A stretch of DNA of 64,000 nucleotides from a virus (lineage: Duplodnaviria; Caudoviricetes): IMG/VR virus record IMGVR_UViG_2706795030_000004, positions 12,955 to 76,954 of that record. The stretch is one strand, 5' to 3'. This document shows, piece by piece, positions 19,575 through 29,825 of the stretch. How positions within the stretch are numbered: position 1 is the stretch's first letter; each line of letters begins with the position of its first letter. The position numbers and the translations under genes were made by a program. The notes beneath the pieces are model-generated. The model was not told the DNA's origin. It saw only the letters and a program-made list of their open reading frames with translations, and did not search any database.

Positions 19575-21299
19575 TTAACCCAGTCTCGAAAGTCGCTCGG
19601 CGCCCTTGCCGAGGAGATTGTCGTTCGCTCCGCCCCCAACCGCTGCTGATCCACATGCGATGGAATGACGGATCACATCCTTGTTCTGGGCGTAGGCGTG
19701 CTCATTCACGCGCCGAGCCAGCAGGTTGAGCGCGATCGAGTGGAAATAGTGGTCGGTCCCGCTCGGTGATTTTAACCATGTCGCCGAATAGTCCGGTTCC
19801 TCTTTGCGCACGTTATCGGTCAGGTGCGTGATCAAAGTCTCCCGCTGATCGCCATAACCAGTGAGCACCAGCCCGCGATGTCCGACCAGCGACTGCACGC
19901 GGTCGAGGATGTAGGTGCGATTTGCCGAGTAGTGCGTGATGTGCCCAAGCTCGTCCCTCACCGGGGCGAGCGCCGCGGTGCCGCGGTACTGCACCGGCAT
20001 CACGAGATCGCTAGTCACGGTGCGAAGCGCGTCCGCGTTCGGCTCGAACGGGAAGCGGTCAACACACCCCTGCACGATGTTGTAGATCTTACGCAGATCG
20101 CGAACGCGGTCCTCAAGCGCCCCGATGGGGACAACCTCGAAGTAGAAAAACACGGGATTGCCGTCGTCATCGTCGAACGAGAGGGTCAGGTGACAGACGA
20201 AGCCGACGTCAACGCCAATGTAGACGCGCCGCGATGTCGGAACCTCGGGCACGCGCGGCCCCTGCATGCATGCCTCGATGTCCCCCCGCTGCAGCTGGGC
20301 ATTCGCGTCGGTGTAGGCTTCGCCGATCACGGTGTTGTACCAGCCGCGCAGGAAACCGAGCGACTGGTAGTGCACGAGCTGCTGAAAGACGTAGGCGGGA
20401 TCGAGACGGCTCGTTGAGAAGGGCCGGATCTGGTAGCCACGCACAAGCGTGCGGCTCGGATATTTCGCCACCCACTCCCGCAGGTCCGCATTGGCAAGAT
20501 CGAGACGCGCCGAACACTTGGCGCAGCGCACGTAGGCGTCCTGGGTGTTGAGGGTCGCGATCTGCGCCGCAGTCAGATCGGCGAAGTCCGAGACGTCGAA
20601 CCTGAAATCGGGGATGTAGACGAACGCCGGCGTGAAGAGCGGGATCTGGTGGTGGTTGCACGCCTCGCACTTGATCACATACTCACGCTGATCGGAGAGC
20701 TGGAAACCGCGGTCGATCCCGAACCCTTTGAACGAGGGGGTCGAGAAGCGCTGCGTCATCTTCATTTCGGAGTTCTGCAGACGCGACTGGTAGAGCGCGA
20801 TCATGTCCTCGGGGCTGAGGTCGAGCTCGTCGTGCATGAGGAAGTCGGCCGAGATCGAGGTTGCCTCGCCCTCGGTGCAGCCCGTGATGTAGCCGAAGCT
20901 GTCACGGATCTGGATCATGCTCGAGCTTCGAACAGGGGCTGTTCCGGTCGGCGGATTGAAGATCGCGTCGGCATCGAGCACCGGCTTGATACGACCGGAG
21001 TAGATTTTCCGGTACATCTTCTCCGATGGGAGGGTGAAGATACCCGAGATGCCGGTGTGCCGCGTCAGCATCGCCAGGAACTTACGGATCTGCACCTCGG
21101 TAAGGCCTATCTGGCTGATTTTCTTAACATAAAGATTGGGGTGCATGTCGTCCGCAATTGCTTGCTGGAACGGGTAGTGCCTGTAGCTGAACGGCCGCCG
21201 CTTGATCGTGGTGTTGGCCGCGATCCAGTCGCCCATGCTCATCGAGCCACTGCCGTGGCCGTATCGCTGGCGGACGTTGTTGTAGAGCTCCGTGAACAC
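19575..21299 (-). CDS. terL: Terminase large subunit (GpA-like)
   Basis: KKISQIGLTE Walker A variant, MHDELD Walker B, CxxC pairs, C-terminal nuclease (IGVDVG, DHYFHS). Confidence 0.88.
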   Translation of the reverse strand: MFTELYNNVRQRYGHGSGSMSMGDWIAANTTIKRRPFSYRHYPFQQAIADDMHPNLYVKKISQIGLTEVQIRKFLAMLTRHTGISGIFTLPSEKMYRKIYSGRIKPVLDADAIFNPPTGTAPVRSSSMIQIRDSFGYITGCTEGEATSISADFLMHDELDLSPEDMIALYQSRLQNSEMKMTQRFSTPSFKGFGIDRGFQLSDQREYVIKCEACNHHQIPLFTPAFVYIPDFRFDVSDFADLTAAQIATLNTQDAYVRCAKCSARLDLANADLREWVAKYPSRTLVRGYQIRPFSTSRLDPAYVFQQLVHYQSLGFLRGWYNTVIGEAYTDANAQLQRGDIEACMQGPRVPEVPTSRRVYIGVDVGFVCHLTLSFDDDDGNPVFFYFEVVPIGALEDRVRDLRKIYNIVQGCVDRFPFEPNADALRTVTSDLVMPVQYRGTAALAPVRDELGHITHYSANRTYILDRVQSLVGHRGLVLTGYGDQRETLITHLTDNVRKEEPDYSATWLKSPSGTDHYFHSIALNLLARRVNEHAYAQNKDVIRHSIACGSAAVGGGANDNLLGKGAERLSRLG

Positions 21300-21431
21300 G
21301 GCGAGAGGGGGACTAGCGGGGCGCTTCGAAGTCCATACGAGGGGGTGAATTAGAGCGAGGCGGCAGGAAGTCGCACAGCGACTTCAGGAAAACAGATTGC
21401 GGGCCGAGTCGATGAGACTCAGGTGGGGCGC

Positions 21432-21968
21432 ATGACAAACATCGCCTTCCCTACTCTCCGCATCGGGGTGCTTCGAGCGCTCCAGACCCTCAAACAACAT
21501 TATCTGGCCGATCCCGAGATCTTTGACCGCCAGGACTGCCCTTACGACATCGACGTTCGGGACGTCCTCAAGGAAATCCTGACCGTCGAGGAAAAGATCG
21601 TCGAAAAGGTGGTCGAGAAGCGCGTGGTCAATGACAGCGGTGCCGGGAGCCGGAAGAAGGCACCGGGGCTGAACGAGGAGGATCAGGAAAAGATCGCCAC
21701 CGAGCTCGCCGATCTCCTCGAGCAGCTCAAGGACATGGAAGAGGGCGAAGGCCAGCAAGGCCTCGATCAGACCGCCCGCCTCGCCGTCTTCAAGCTCAAG
21801 ACCACCATCATCGAGAAGATCATCAATCTCCGCGAGCGCGTGCTCAACATCAAGCGCATCGCGCATTTCGAGGCTGTCGTCATCTCGGTCCTCGACGATC
21901 TGGTCAAGGAGGAAGACCGTGAAGTGTTCCTCGACCGCATCGCGCCATACCGAGAAGATGCCGCATGA
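21432..21968 (+). CDS. Hypothetical helical protein, candidate terminase small subunit
   Basis: Divergent from terL; helical/coiled-coil, TerS-like size; inference only. Confidence 0.4.
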   Translation: MTNIAFPTLRIGVLRALQTLKQHYLADPEIFDRQDCPYDIDVRDVLKEILTVEEKIVEKVVEKRVVNDSGAGSRKKAPGLNEEDQEKIATELADLLEQLKDMEEGEGQQGLDQTARLAVFKLKTTIIEKIINLRERVLNIKRIAHFEAVVISVLDDLVKEEDREVFLDRIAPYREDAA

Positions 21969-22489
21969 GCGAAATCGAAAAAGTTGCAGTCTCAAATAAT
22001 GCGCTGAGCTTTGAGCAGGCCGACACGCTGCTTCGCTACGATCCTGAAACTGGACTGTTTCATTGGAAGGTATCACGAGGAGGAACCGCTAGGGCAGGAG
22101 CCTTGGCAGGCAGCGATCACGGAGACGGTTACTGGGCCATAAAAGTGTGCGGGCGTATGTACAAAGCCCACCGCCTCGCTCATTTGCTGATGACCGGCAA
22201 ATGGCCGCCAAGTGAAATTGATCACAAAAACCGGAACCGCAGCGACAACCGCTGGTCAAATCTGCGACCCTGTTCTCGCTCGGACAACATGTTTAATCAG
22301 GGGCTCAGTTCGCTCAACACTTCAGGCTACCGAGGGGTCTCACTTCACCACGGGACTGGTAAGTGGCGTGCCCAGATTAAGCACCGAGGACGGAAGATTC
22401 ATCTCGGCGTCTTCGAGACTCCAGAGTCGGCTGCCGCCGTTTATGCTGCGGCAGCGAATGACCTATTTCCCACATTTTCACAGGACTGA
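21965..22489 (+). CDS. HNH homing endonuclease with AP2 domain
   Basis: YKAHRLA...IDHKNRNRSDNRWSNLR; NTSGYRGV...KWRAQI...HLGVF. Confidence 0.92.
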   Translation: MSEIEKVAVSNNALSFEQADTLLRYDPETGLFHWKVSRGGTARAGALAGSDHGDGYWAIKVCGRMYKAHRLAHLLMTGKWPPSEIDHKNRNRSDNRWSNLRPCSRSDNMFNQGLSSLNTSGYRGVSLHHGTGKWRAQIKHRGRKIHLGVFETPESAAAVYAAAANDLFPTFSQD

Positions 22490-22491
22490 GC

Positions 22492-24981
22492 ATGAGCATC
22501 TTTGGTGATTTTGCGCCCCGCTACTGGAGCGCCGGGCTCCCCGTTATTCCGCTCAAGAAGTGGAATGCCTTCGGCAAGGGAGCCGGCAAGGCCCCGATCC
22601 TCAACGAGTGGCAGAGCTACGCCGCGGTCATGCCGTCGGTGTCGATGCAGCAGCTCTGGCTCGAGAGCTACCCCGACCACAACATCGGCCTCCCCTTCGG
22701 CCCGGCCTCCGGCCTGTGCGCCATCGACATTGACACGGAGGACGAGGAGCTCGTTCAGGTCATCCTCGACACGCTGCCGCAGTCTCCGTGGAAACGTGTC
22801 GGCAAGAAAGGCATGGGTCTCGTCTACCGCTGGAAGGGGCAACGAAATTTTAAGCTTCGCGACAGCGAAAACAAGTCGATCGTCGAGTTCCTCGGCCAAG
22901 GCAACCAGATGGTCCTGCCGCCGTCGATCCACCCCGACACCGGAAAGCCCTACGAGGCCAACTGCGACCTGTGGGACGTCCTCGATCAGATCCCGGCGAT
23001 CGACGAAGACATCGAGCAGGACCTGCGCGACGCGCTCGGCGACGTGCTCAAGTCCCGCGGCGGCGGCATCACGCTGGCGCAGGGCGTCCGCTCCCGCCCG
23101 CTCGACGTAATCCCGCAGGGCGAGCGCGATATCCAGATGGTCCGCCACGCTGGGTATCTTGCCCGCGTCGTGCTCGGGATCGACCGGACGACCAAGTACG
23201 GCTTGGCCGAGGCGATCGAGCACATGACGACGTGGGTGCTCGACTTCACGGCGAGCGCGGCTGGCGACGACATGGACCCCGGCAAGGGCGTTGCGAAGCT
23301 GCTCGAGTTTCTCCTGAAGGACGTCGAGGGCGGACGCACGCTTCCCGACGGGTGGGACGTGGGCCTCTCCGACGAGCAGCGCGACTGGGCCGTCATCAAG
23401 GCACTCATCGAGAAGAACCAGGTTCAGCGCTGGACCCTCACCAAGGCGCGCGACTGGATCGACGCCCGCGCGGCCGAGGACCCCGAGGACACCGACCGGC
23501 TCGTTTCGAAGATCGGGGAACTGTTCCTCGAGGTCGGCAAGGACGACAATTTCGGCTCGCTCGAGAGCGACGGGCTCATCAACTACGTCAAGAGCCGCTT
23601 CGGCAAGGAGACTGGGATCGGCAAGCCCGCGCTCGCCCGGATGCTGAAAGAGGCCCGGCAGGAGTCGAGCGGCGACGGCGAAATGGCCGCCGACCACGAG
23701 AGCATCGCGCGCGAGGTGATCGAGGAAATGAGCCGCGGTGGTGAGCTTCGCTTCTCGCAGGGCTGCTTCTGGCAGTGGGGCGGGTCCTGCTTCGGACAGG
23801 TCGATCACGAGGACGTCTACGTGGCGGTTGCGACGGGGGTGAAGGGAAATATCCTGTCCCGGCGCCACAACGACTATGAGGCGATCGTCAAAACGATCTC
23901 GCGGCTGTGTCGCTCCGAGCTCATCGAGGAATATGAGATCGGGATCAACTTCGCGAACGGCTTCCTCGACAGCGGCGGCGTGCTCCACGACCACTCGCCG
24001 AAGTACGGCAAGACCTTCACCATGCCGTTCAACTACGTGCCCGAACGCGCGGGTGAGGCCCACAAGTGGCTCGCCTATCTCGAGAGCGCATGGGGCGACG
24101 ACGAGGACTATGCCGAGAAGGTGATGGCGCTTCAGGAAGCGTTTGCCGCCACGATGTTCGGGATCGCTCCGCGGTTTCAGCGCGCCTTCCTGCTCTACGG
24201 GAAGGCGAAGACCGGAAAGTCACAGGCCCTTGAGGTGCTGCAGGCGATGATGCCTCCAAAGGCGATCTGCGCCCTGTCTCCGGAGCGCTGGGGCCAGCGG
24301 TTCCAACTCTCCGGGATGGTCGGCCGCACGTTGAACGTGTGCGGGGAGCTTCCCGAGGAGACGGTCATCGACGGCAAGGCGTTCAAGGAAGTGGTCGAAG
24401 GCGCAACCCAGAGCACCGAGTTCAAGGGCCGCGACGGTTTCACCTTCGCTCCCATCGCGGCACACTGGTTCGCCTCCAACCATCTGCCGCGATCGCGCGA
24501 CACGTCGATGGGCTTCGTCCGCCGCTGGCAGATATTCGACTTCGAGAAGGTCGTGCCGGCGGAAGAGCGCATTCCCGACTATCATGAGGTGCTCGTGGCC
24601 GAGGAGCGGGAGGCGATCGCGGCATGGGCGGTGCAGGGTCTGGCGCGCCTGCTCCGGCAGAACGACTATACCCAGCCCAAGAGCCACCTAGCGCGGCTCG
24701 ACCAGATCCAGCGCGCGAACAACAGCGTCGCCGCGTGGCTCCAGTCGAACGACAAGGTGCGCCCGACCGAGAGCATGGAGGATGCAGCGGACGCGCGCGA
24801 GTGCTTCGACCAGTATGTCTTCTACATGCGGGAGGTTTCCCGGGGCTTCAACGTCACTTTCGAGCGATTTCTGCAGATGATGGAGGAGCTGGGCTACCCG
24901 CAGGTCCCGTACGAGGACAAGGCCGGGGTCAAGCGGGCGATGTTCCGAAAAGTCCGGATCAAGGCACTCGGCGAAGTCTAG
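22492..24981 (+). CDS. Prim-Pol primase/polymerase fused to D5-like SF3 helicase
   Basis: N-terminal NIGLPFG..SGLCAIDID; C-terminal YGKAKTGKS Walker A, NVCGEL, WFASNHLP. Confidence 0.9.
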   Translation: MSIFGDFAPRYWSAGLPVIPLKKWNAFGKGAGKAPILNEWQSYAAVMPSVSMQQLWLESYPDHNIGLPFGPASGLCAIDIDTEDEELVQVILDTLPQSPWKRVGKKGMGLVYRWKGQRNFKLRDSENKSIVEFLGQGNQMVLPPSIHPDTGKPYEANCDLWDVLDQIPAIDEDIEQDLRDALGDVLKSRGGGITLAQGVRSRPLDVIPQGERDIQMVRHAGYLARVVLGIDRTTKYGLAEAIEHMTTWVLDFTASAAGDDMDPGKGVAKLLEFLLKDVEGGRTLPDGWDVGLSDEQRDWAVIKALIEKNQVQRWTLTKARDWIDARAAEDPEDTDRLVSKIGELFLEVGKDDNFGSLESDGLINYVKSRFGKETGIGKPALARMLKEARQESSGDGEMAADHESIAREVIEEMSRGGELRFSQGCFWQWGGSCFGQVDHEDVYVAVATGVKGNILSRRHNDYEAIVKTISRLCRSELIEEYEIGINFANGFLDSGGVLHDHSPKYGKTFTMPFNYVPERAGEAHKWLAYLESAWGDDEDYAEKVMALQEAFAATMFGIAPRFQRAFLLYGKAKTGKSQALEVLQAMMPPKAICALSPERWGQRFQLSGMVGRTLNVCGELPEETVIDGKAFKEVVEGATQSTEFKGRDGFTFAPIAAHWFASNHLPRSRDTSMGFVRRWQIFDFEKVVPAEERIPDYHEVLVAEEREAIAAWAVQGLARLLRQNDYTQPKSHLARLDQIQRANNSVAAWLQSNDKVRPTESMEDAADARECFDQYVFYMREVSRGFNVTFERFLQMMEELGYPQVPYEDKAGVKRAMFRKVRIKALGEV

Positions 24982-25295
24982 AGACAGTCACGCGCCTTCT
25001 TTTCGAGGCGGGTATTGCGAAGGAGGACGGTCACGCCGTCCTCCTTTTTTATGATCTCCACCACATCGCCGGTCTGCCAAACAATCAGGCCGCGGTTCGG
25101 CGTCTCGGGCGGCCGGTACGCCGTGGCGAGCGGCGCGTAATCGATCAGCAGGAGGCACCGCTCCACGACGTGGATAGGTTTGGCTGACGAGAGCGCTACG
25201 ACCGGCGCTCGCGCGAGCTCCTGGCTGAGATTTCGGGCCTGCGCCGGCACGGAGCTGAGGATCAGGGCGGTGGCTAGGACGAGATAGTTGCGCAT
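24978..25295 (-). CDS. Secreted small protein (moron)
   Basis: Signal peptide MRNYLVLATALILSSVPAQA; two Cys; opposite strand to neighbours. Confidence 0.65.
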   Translation of the reverse strand: MRNYLVLATALILSSVPAQARNLSQELARAPVVALSSAKPIHVVERCLLLIDYAPLATAYRPPETPNRGLIVWQTGDVVEIIKKEDGVTVLLRNTRLEKKARDCL

Positions 25296-25621
25296 GTCGT
25301 GAAGGATGCCCTCGACGTAATAATATTACAAGCGGAAATTTTCAAAATTTCCCGGGGAGAGAGAAGGGATAATGGCCCCCTCACGACTAAAAAATGACGT
25401 AAAATCAGCGTGTTACCCTTCATGCAACTTAGGAGCGAACGCCTGGGCGAAGTCTGTATCAAGGGGGTGGGCCGGGGGCCGGTCCTTGCGAAGTGCGCTT
25501 CGCCGGATGCTGCCCTATGCCCCCCGTCTATCTGCCGCCCCTCTCCGGGGCAGGGAGACGTGCGTTCAAATTCCGGGGAGAAATTTGGGTATTTACCCAA
25601 AATTTTGAAGGGAAATTGGTT

Positions 25622-26287
25622 ATGTTTACTTTTGACGCGGTCGCCCTCGGTGCGGACATTCGCAAGCTTCGCGAGAACGGCGTTGCTGTTGCGAACAAGA
25701 GCGATGACGTGGCGCGCATGGCGCTTGGTGGCCTCAAGGCTGGCAACGTGACGCAATCCGCGCTCACGGTTACCGTTCTCGCGGCGCATGGCAATCCCAA
25801 GACCCCCAAGGGCAAGGCGGTTGATAGCATTAATGGCCTTCGCTATGCCAAGGGCGGCGAAGCGGCGCGCAATTGCTTCAAGGCAATCTTTGAGATTGAC
25901 GACAATTTCAAGGCCTATGGCGAGAGCGTTCCGGCCATCGGCGAGGCCATTGACGCCTTTGTGACCAAGGCGGAAGGCGCGGCCAAGGGGGTTTACGCCC
26001 TTCGCGATAGCATCCGGGCGCTGGTCAAGGCGAAGCTTCAGGCGGATGACCCCGCTAGCGCTGAGGCCGAAAAAGAGGCTGAGGCCGAAAAAGAGGCTGA
26101 GGGCAAAGCGCCGGCCCTCTCTCCGGTGGAGCACGCAAAGGGCGTTCTCGCCAGCGTTGCCGACTATATCGGCAAGCTTCCCGCCGACGTTCTGGCGGGC
26201 GTGCAAGGCGAGCTGGTCGCGGTAATGGCCGCGATTGAAACGGCAAGCGCCAGCCTTGCCCCGGTGGAGCACAAAGAGGCCGCATAA
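25622..26287 (+). CDS. Hypothetical protein (221 aa), first gene of early-type block
   Basis: ATG 25622 with purine-rich leader; contains 18-bp tandem repeat encoding AEAEKE. Confidence 0.7.
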   Translation: MFTFDAVALGADIRKLRENGVAVANKSDDVARMALGGLKAGNVTQSALTVTVLAAHGNPKTPKGKAVDSINGLRYAKGGEAARNCFKAIFEIDDNFKAYGESVPAIGEAIDAFVTKAEGAAKGVYALRDSIRALVKAKLQADDPASAEAEKEAEAEKEAEGKAPALSPVEHAKGVLASVADYIGKLPADVLAGVQGELVAVMAAIETASASLAPVEHKEAA

Positions 26288-26306
26288 AAGGCTGTCCCGC
26301 CCCCCT

Positions 26307-26344
26307 GCCCGGTTTTGGGTAATTACCCAAAACCGGGCCTTTTT
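26307..26344 (+). repeat. Perfect 32-bp palindrome followed by T-tract
   Basis: GCCCGGTTTTGGGTAA|TTACCCAAAACCGGGC then CTTTTT. Confidence 0.9.
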
Positions 26345-26368
26345 CCCCGCCACGAAAAGGGCAACGCC

Positions 26369-26863
26369 ATGTCGCAAATTCTTGACGACCTCGTGCGCGC
26401 GCAGCGCGTCCGCACCAACGCCGAGCAGCTCGCGCGCTGGACCGATCCGACCCCTGACGGGCTCGAAGCAAGCCCGGGGTATATTCCGGGTTTTCGGGCG
26501 GCCCGAAACCGGCGACTTCCACGGCCCGAATTCCGCGAGATCAACCGCAAGATCCCGGTCGAGCAGCTGCGCCAGTCGATTGTCGAGGAACGCAAGGTCT
26601 TGCGCGCCATGCTTGAGGGCGCGGGCGTTGAAAGCCGCACCTACAAGCCCGACCCCTCGCTCCGCCCGAACAAGCCCTTTACCGCCATTTTCAAGCACAA
26701 TGATGAATTGCGCCTGGACGCGACCCAGGAAGAGCGCGAGCGCCGCGCGCAGCAGCACGAAAACTGGGTAATTACCCAAAAAGCCGAGAATGCCCGCCTT
26801 GCCGCGCTCAAGTTCGAGCGCATGGCCAACGCCTATCACAAGGCGATGAACCCGGACGACTAA
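26369..26863 (+). CDS. Hypothetical protein (164 aa)
   Basis: ATG 26369, AAAGGG SD, typical codon use. Confidence 0.7.
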   Translation: MSQILDDLVRAQRVRTNAEQLARWTDPTPDGLEASPGYIPGFRAARNRRLPRPEFREINRKIPVEQLRQSIVEERKVLRAMLEGAGVESRTYKPDPSLRPNKPFTAIFKHNDELRLDATQEERERRAQQHENWVITQKAENARLAALKFERMANAYHKAMNPDD

Positions 26864-26880
26864 GTCCCTGACAATCTGAA

Positions 26881-26922
26881 ACAAATCACCCCGGAGCGGC
26901 ACCGCTTTCCGGGGTGATTTGT
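26881..26922 (+). terminator. Long stem-loop / terminator
   Basis: 15-bp stem ACAAATCACCCCGGA/TCCGGGGTGATTTGT. Confidence 0.65.
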
Positions 26923-26985
26923 CGTGCGCGTCGCGCACGCATTCACAAGTCGCTGTGCGACTTCCCATCGAAGGAGAGACGAATC

Positions 26986-28822
26986 ATGCCTGTTTGGAAC
27001 ATTCTTCAACTCGACCTCGGAGCGCTCCCTGAAACCCGGCGCTTCGCGGCTCAGGGTTTCACCATCCTTCCGGCCGCGTGCCGTGACGGGGTCGTCGGTC
27101 TTTTGAACGCGGCGACCGGTCAGCAGCTGCGCGTCCGCCTTTCCAATGGGGAGATCCGTAATGTCTGATTTTGAGCTTGATATCGACTTCGCCGACGTCG
27201 TCGACGAGCCCGTAGACCTCGGCGAGACCAACTCGGAGGTTTTTGAGCGGCATCTTCGCTCGTTCAACGACCCCAGCCCGCGCTTTGCGCAGTCCCGCCT
27301 CGCCGAGGAAGCCGCCCTCTTCCAGGCCAATCTCATGGTCCGGGCCGGCCGCCAGGGCAAATATGAGGAAGCCGCGCGCATCTATGACCGCTTCGTCGCG
27401 ACTTTCGAGCGCACCCGCCACCCCGACCTCAGCCTCAAGCGCGTCGTCAAGCGCCTCGGCCGGGACAAGGCACGTCTCGTGGGCGTGGACGAGCGCGTGA
27501 TCGAGGACGCCATCCGTAATTGGAAGAGGTACGCGCTGTGATGCGCGTCCTGGGCCTCCTCGTGGTCGTGCTGGGGGTCGTCGTCGTGGCGGCCCCCATG
27601 CCTCTCGACGATCTTCTCGCAGCGTTCCTGCGCCTTCTCGGGGTCGTGGCGGTGCTCCTGGGCGTCTGGATCTTCACGACGCCCAACGCTGAGCCCCGCG
27701 ACAAGTTCGAGGACTATGTCTTCGACCACGTCGACGCCGTGCGCGACCTCTTCGACGACGCGCGGGACCGGCTCATGCGCGACGACGTCGCCAACATCGA
27801 CGACCGGGTCTGCCGCCACGCCGAGGTCATTTTAGGGAGCAAATACTATGCTTAGTTCACGCCAACGCATCGACGAGGAGAGGACTATCCCGCTCGAGCG
27901 CTACGCCGAGGACGGTTTTGCCAGCCGCTACGACTACCTCCTCGACCTCGCCGACTGCTACGACCACGACATGGTCTTCATGCTGGCGGACCTCCTCGGC
28001 CCCGAGGAGGACTTCGACGGGCTGATCACGATGCTTGAGGATCAGTTCCTGTGAGCGACGCCGGCTCCGTCTCATCACCGACGACGCCAGGGCGTGGTGC
28101 GCCCGCCACCTCCCGGACGACGCCCCGATGTGGGGCAATTCCTACGCCGTCGAGCCGCGCTTCGTCGAGGATATTCTCGTCGGCATCCATGAGGAAGGAT
28201 TGAGTTATGCGTGATAGTCCCTGGATCATTGTGGGCCTGCTCTGCTGGCCCCTCGCGCTCCTGCTCCACCTCTCCAACGACGACGACCACGACAAGGCCG
28301 AGGTCGTGGCGGAACCGCTCTACCAGTTCGAGGTCATCGACCGCGGCGACGTCTACGTCGTCGACTATGGCCTGACGCTGGAGGATTGCCAGAAGCTGAA
28401 GGGTGGATACTGCCGTGCTGTTCGATATGGATATCCTGTCCGGTAACCAGGCCAGCCCCAAATTCCAGAGCGTCCTCTATCGGCGGAGGCTCGAGCGCGT
28501 CAATCCGTTCTGGGTCTACGAGTTCGGTGTGCTTTGCCAGACACCGGGCTTCCGCCCGCGAGACCTCATGATCCTGATGCCGGGGCTACGCCGCGACCAG
28601 ATCGAGCGCGGCTTACGGGAAGTGGTCGTGCGCGAGGAGGACATCAGAAGGAATGTTGCCAGCGTGACCGAGGAAGATGCCGTGAAGTTCATGCAGCTGG
28701 GCGCGTTGCCGAGCTATTCGGTCGCACTTGTGCGATCTGGGGCCACTGTTCATGGCGTCGATGCGCGGGTGCTTAGGCGAGCGAAACGGTCAGGAAGGCT
28801 GCTTTTCAAGGGCAAACATTAA
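26986..28822 (+). other. Cluster of small hypothetical ORFs (26986-27168, 27161-27541, 27541-27855 membrane, 27848-28054, 28207-28446, 28403-28822)
   Basis: Overlapping stop/start junctions and consistent codon use. Confidence 0.6.
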
Positions 28823-28842
28823 CAATCGGGGCGGTTCGATTG

Positions 28843-29103
28843 CTCTATGGAGAGTTTGTTTTGTGCTAGTCGCTGTGCGACTTGTTGGTGAGAGTGCCTA
28901 TTTTTTAGGCAGTGCCTAAAAAATAGGCACTGGGGGGCGAGTAAGGAATTTTTGGATATTTCCATATCCTATCTAATATATTCCTATTCTCTACATTTGG
29001 TCTCTCTCTCTCTCTCTCTCTAAAAATATTTTTATATATAAGGGATGTTAATATCCTAATAGAAGTCGCACAGCGACTAGCACAAAACAAACTCTCTATA
29101 GAG
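28843..29103. repeat. 41-bp inverted repeats enclosing a 39-bp palindrome and a (TC)10 tract
   Basis: 28843-28883 vs 29063-29103 match 40/41; 28893-28931 palindrome; (TC)10T at 29001-29021. Confidence 0.92.
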
Positions 29104-29202
29104 TTATTGAACACCCCCGATTGTTAATATCCGAGTCAAGTCGCACAGCGACTTCTCCGTTCGCCCACGACAACGGCGACGACCAGCGCCACAACCTGGG
29201 CC

Positions 29203-29825
29203 ATGACGACCTACCCCTTCAAAGAGCTCACCACTCCCGGTGACAGCTTCCCCTTCCCGCCCGAGAAATACGCCTCGGTCCGCAGCGCTGCCAGCCAGTA
29301 CGCCAAGCGCCACGGCGTCCGCCTGAAGATCCACCAGGGCCGGGTCTACCTGCGTCACCCGCAGGAAGTCGTTGCCCCCGCCCCTCAGGCGACCCCCCTG
29401 CCACCGTTCAGCCTCCACGACACCCTCGACGAGACCCTCCGCTCCCTCACCCGCCCCGGCGACGCCATTTCGATCCACTGCCCCCACTACCCCACCATGT
29501 GGCGGCGCCTCACCCGCGCCTGCCAGCGCCTTCTCCCGAACCGCCACTTCAACTTCCGCAAAGTCCGCGGGGAGCCGGTCATCGTCATCACAAGGACCGC
29601 CTGATGCGCCTCGAGATCATCATTGAGCCCGACGACCGCCCGGTCCTTCGCCTGTTGCTGAAGAAGCTCCAGCCCGGAGACCAACTCATCCTCAAGACCC
29701 TCCCCGGTCACGGTGTCGTCAAACCCCGAAACCGCCTCAGCCGGGCGCTCCAACGCTCGCATCAAAAATTCAACGTCACCGTCGACCGCGAGATCGGCCG
29801 GATCATCTGTGAAAGGACCTCATGA
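29203..29825 (+). other. Two small basic ORFs (29203-29604, 29604-29825), possible DNA-binding proteins
   Basis: Repeated PGDSFPFP/PGDAISI/PGDQLIL unit followed by basic helix. Confidence 0.5.

Noticed and set aside
26060-26101. 18-bp tandem repeat GCTGAGGCCGAAAAAGAG
   Set aside because: In-frame low-complexity linker (AEAEKE); no sign of a separate function
26307-26338. 32-bp perfect palindrome as a protelomerase (N15-type tel) site
   Set aside because: No protelomerase or partition genes are visible and the element appears chromosomally integrated; an operator/terminator role is simpler
16224-26968. Long opposite-strand ORFs (e.g. 16224-17906 +, 22441-24063 -, 25274-26968 -, also 13970-15031 + and 40787-41986 -)
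   Set aside because: Shadow frames of well-supported genes in high-GC DNA; no recognisable motifs
28843-29103. Inverted-repeat element as a MITE
   Set aside because: No target-site duplication, no second copy, and the arms contain the phage-wide motif
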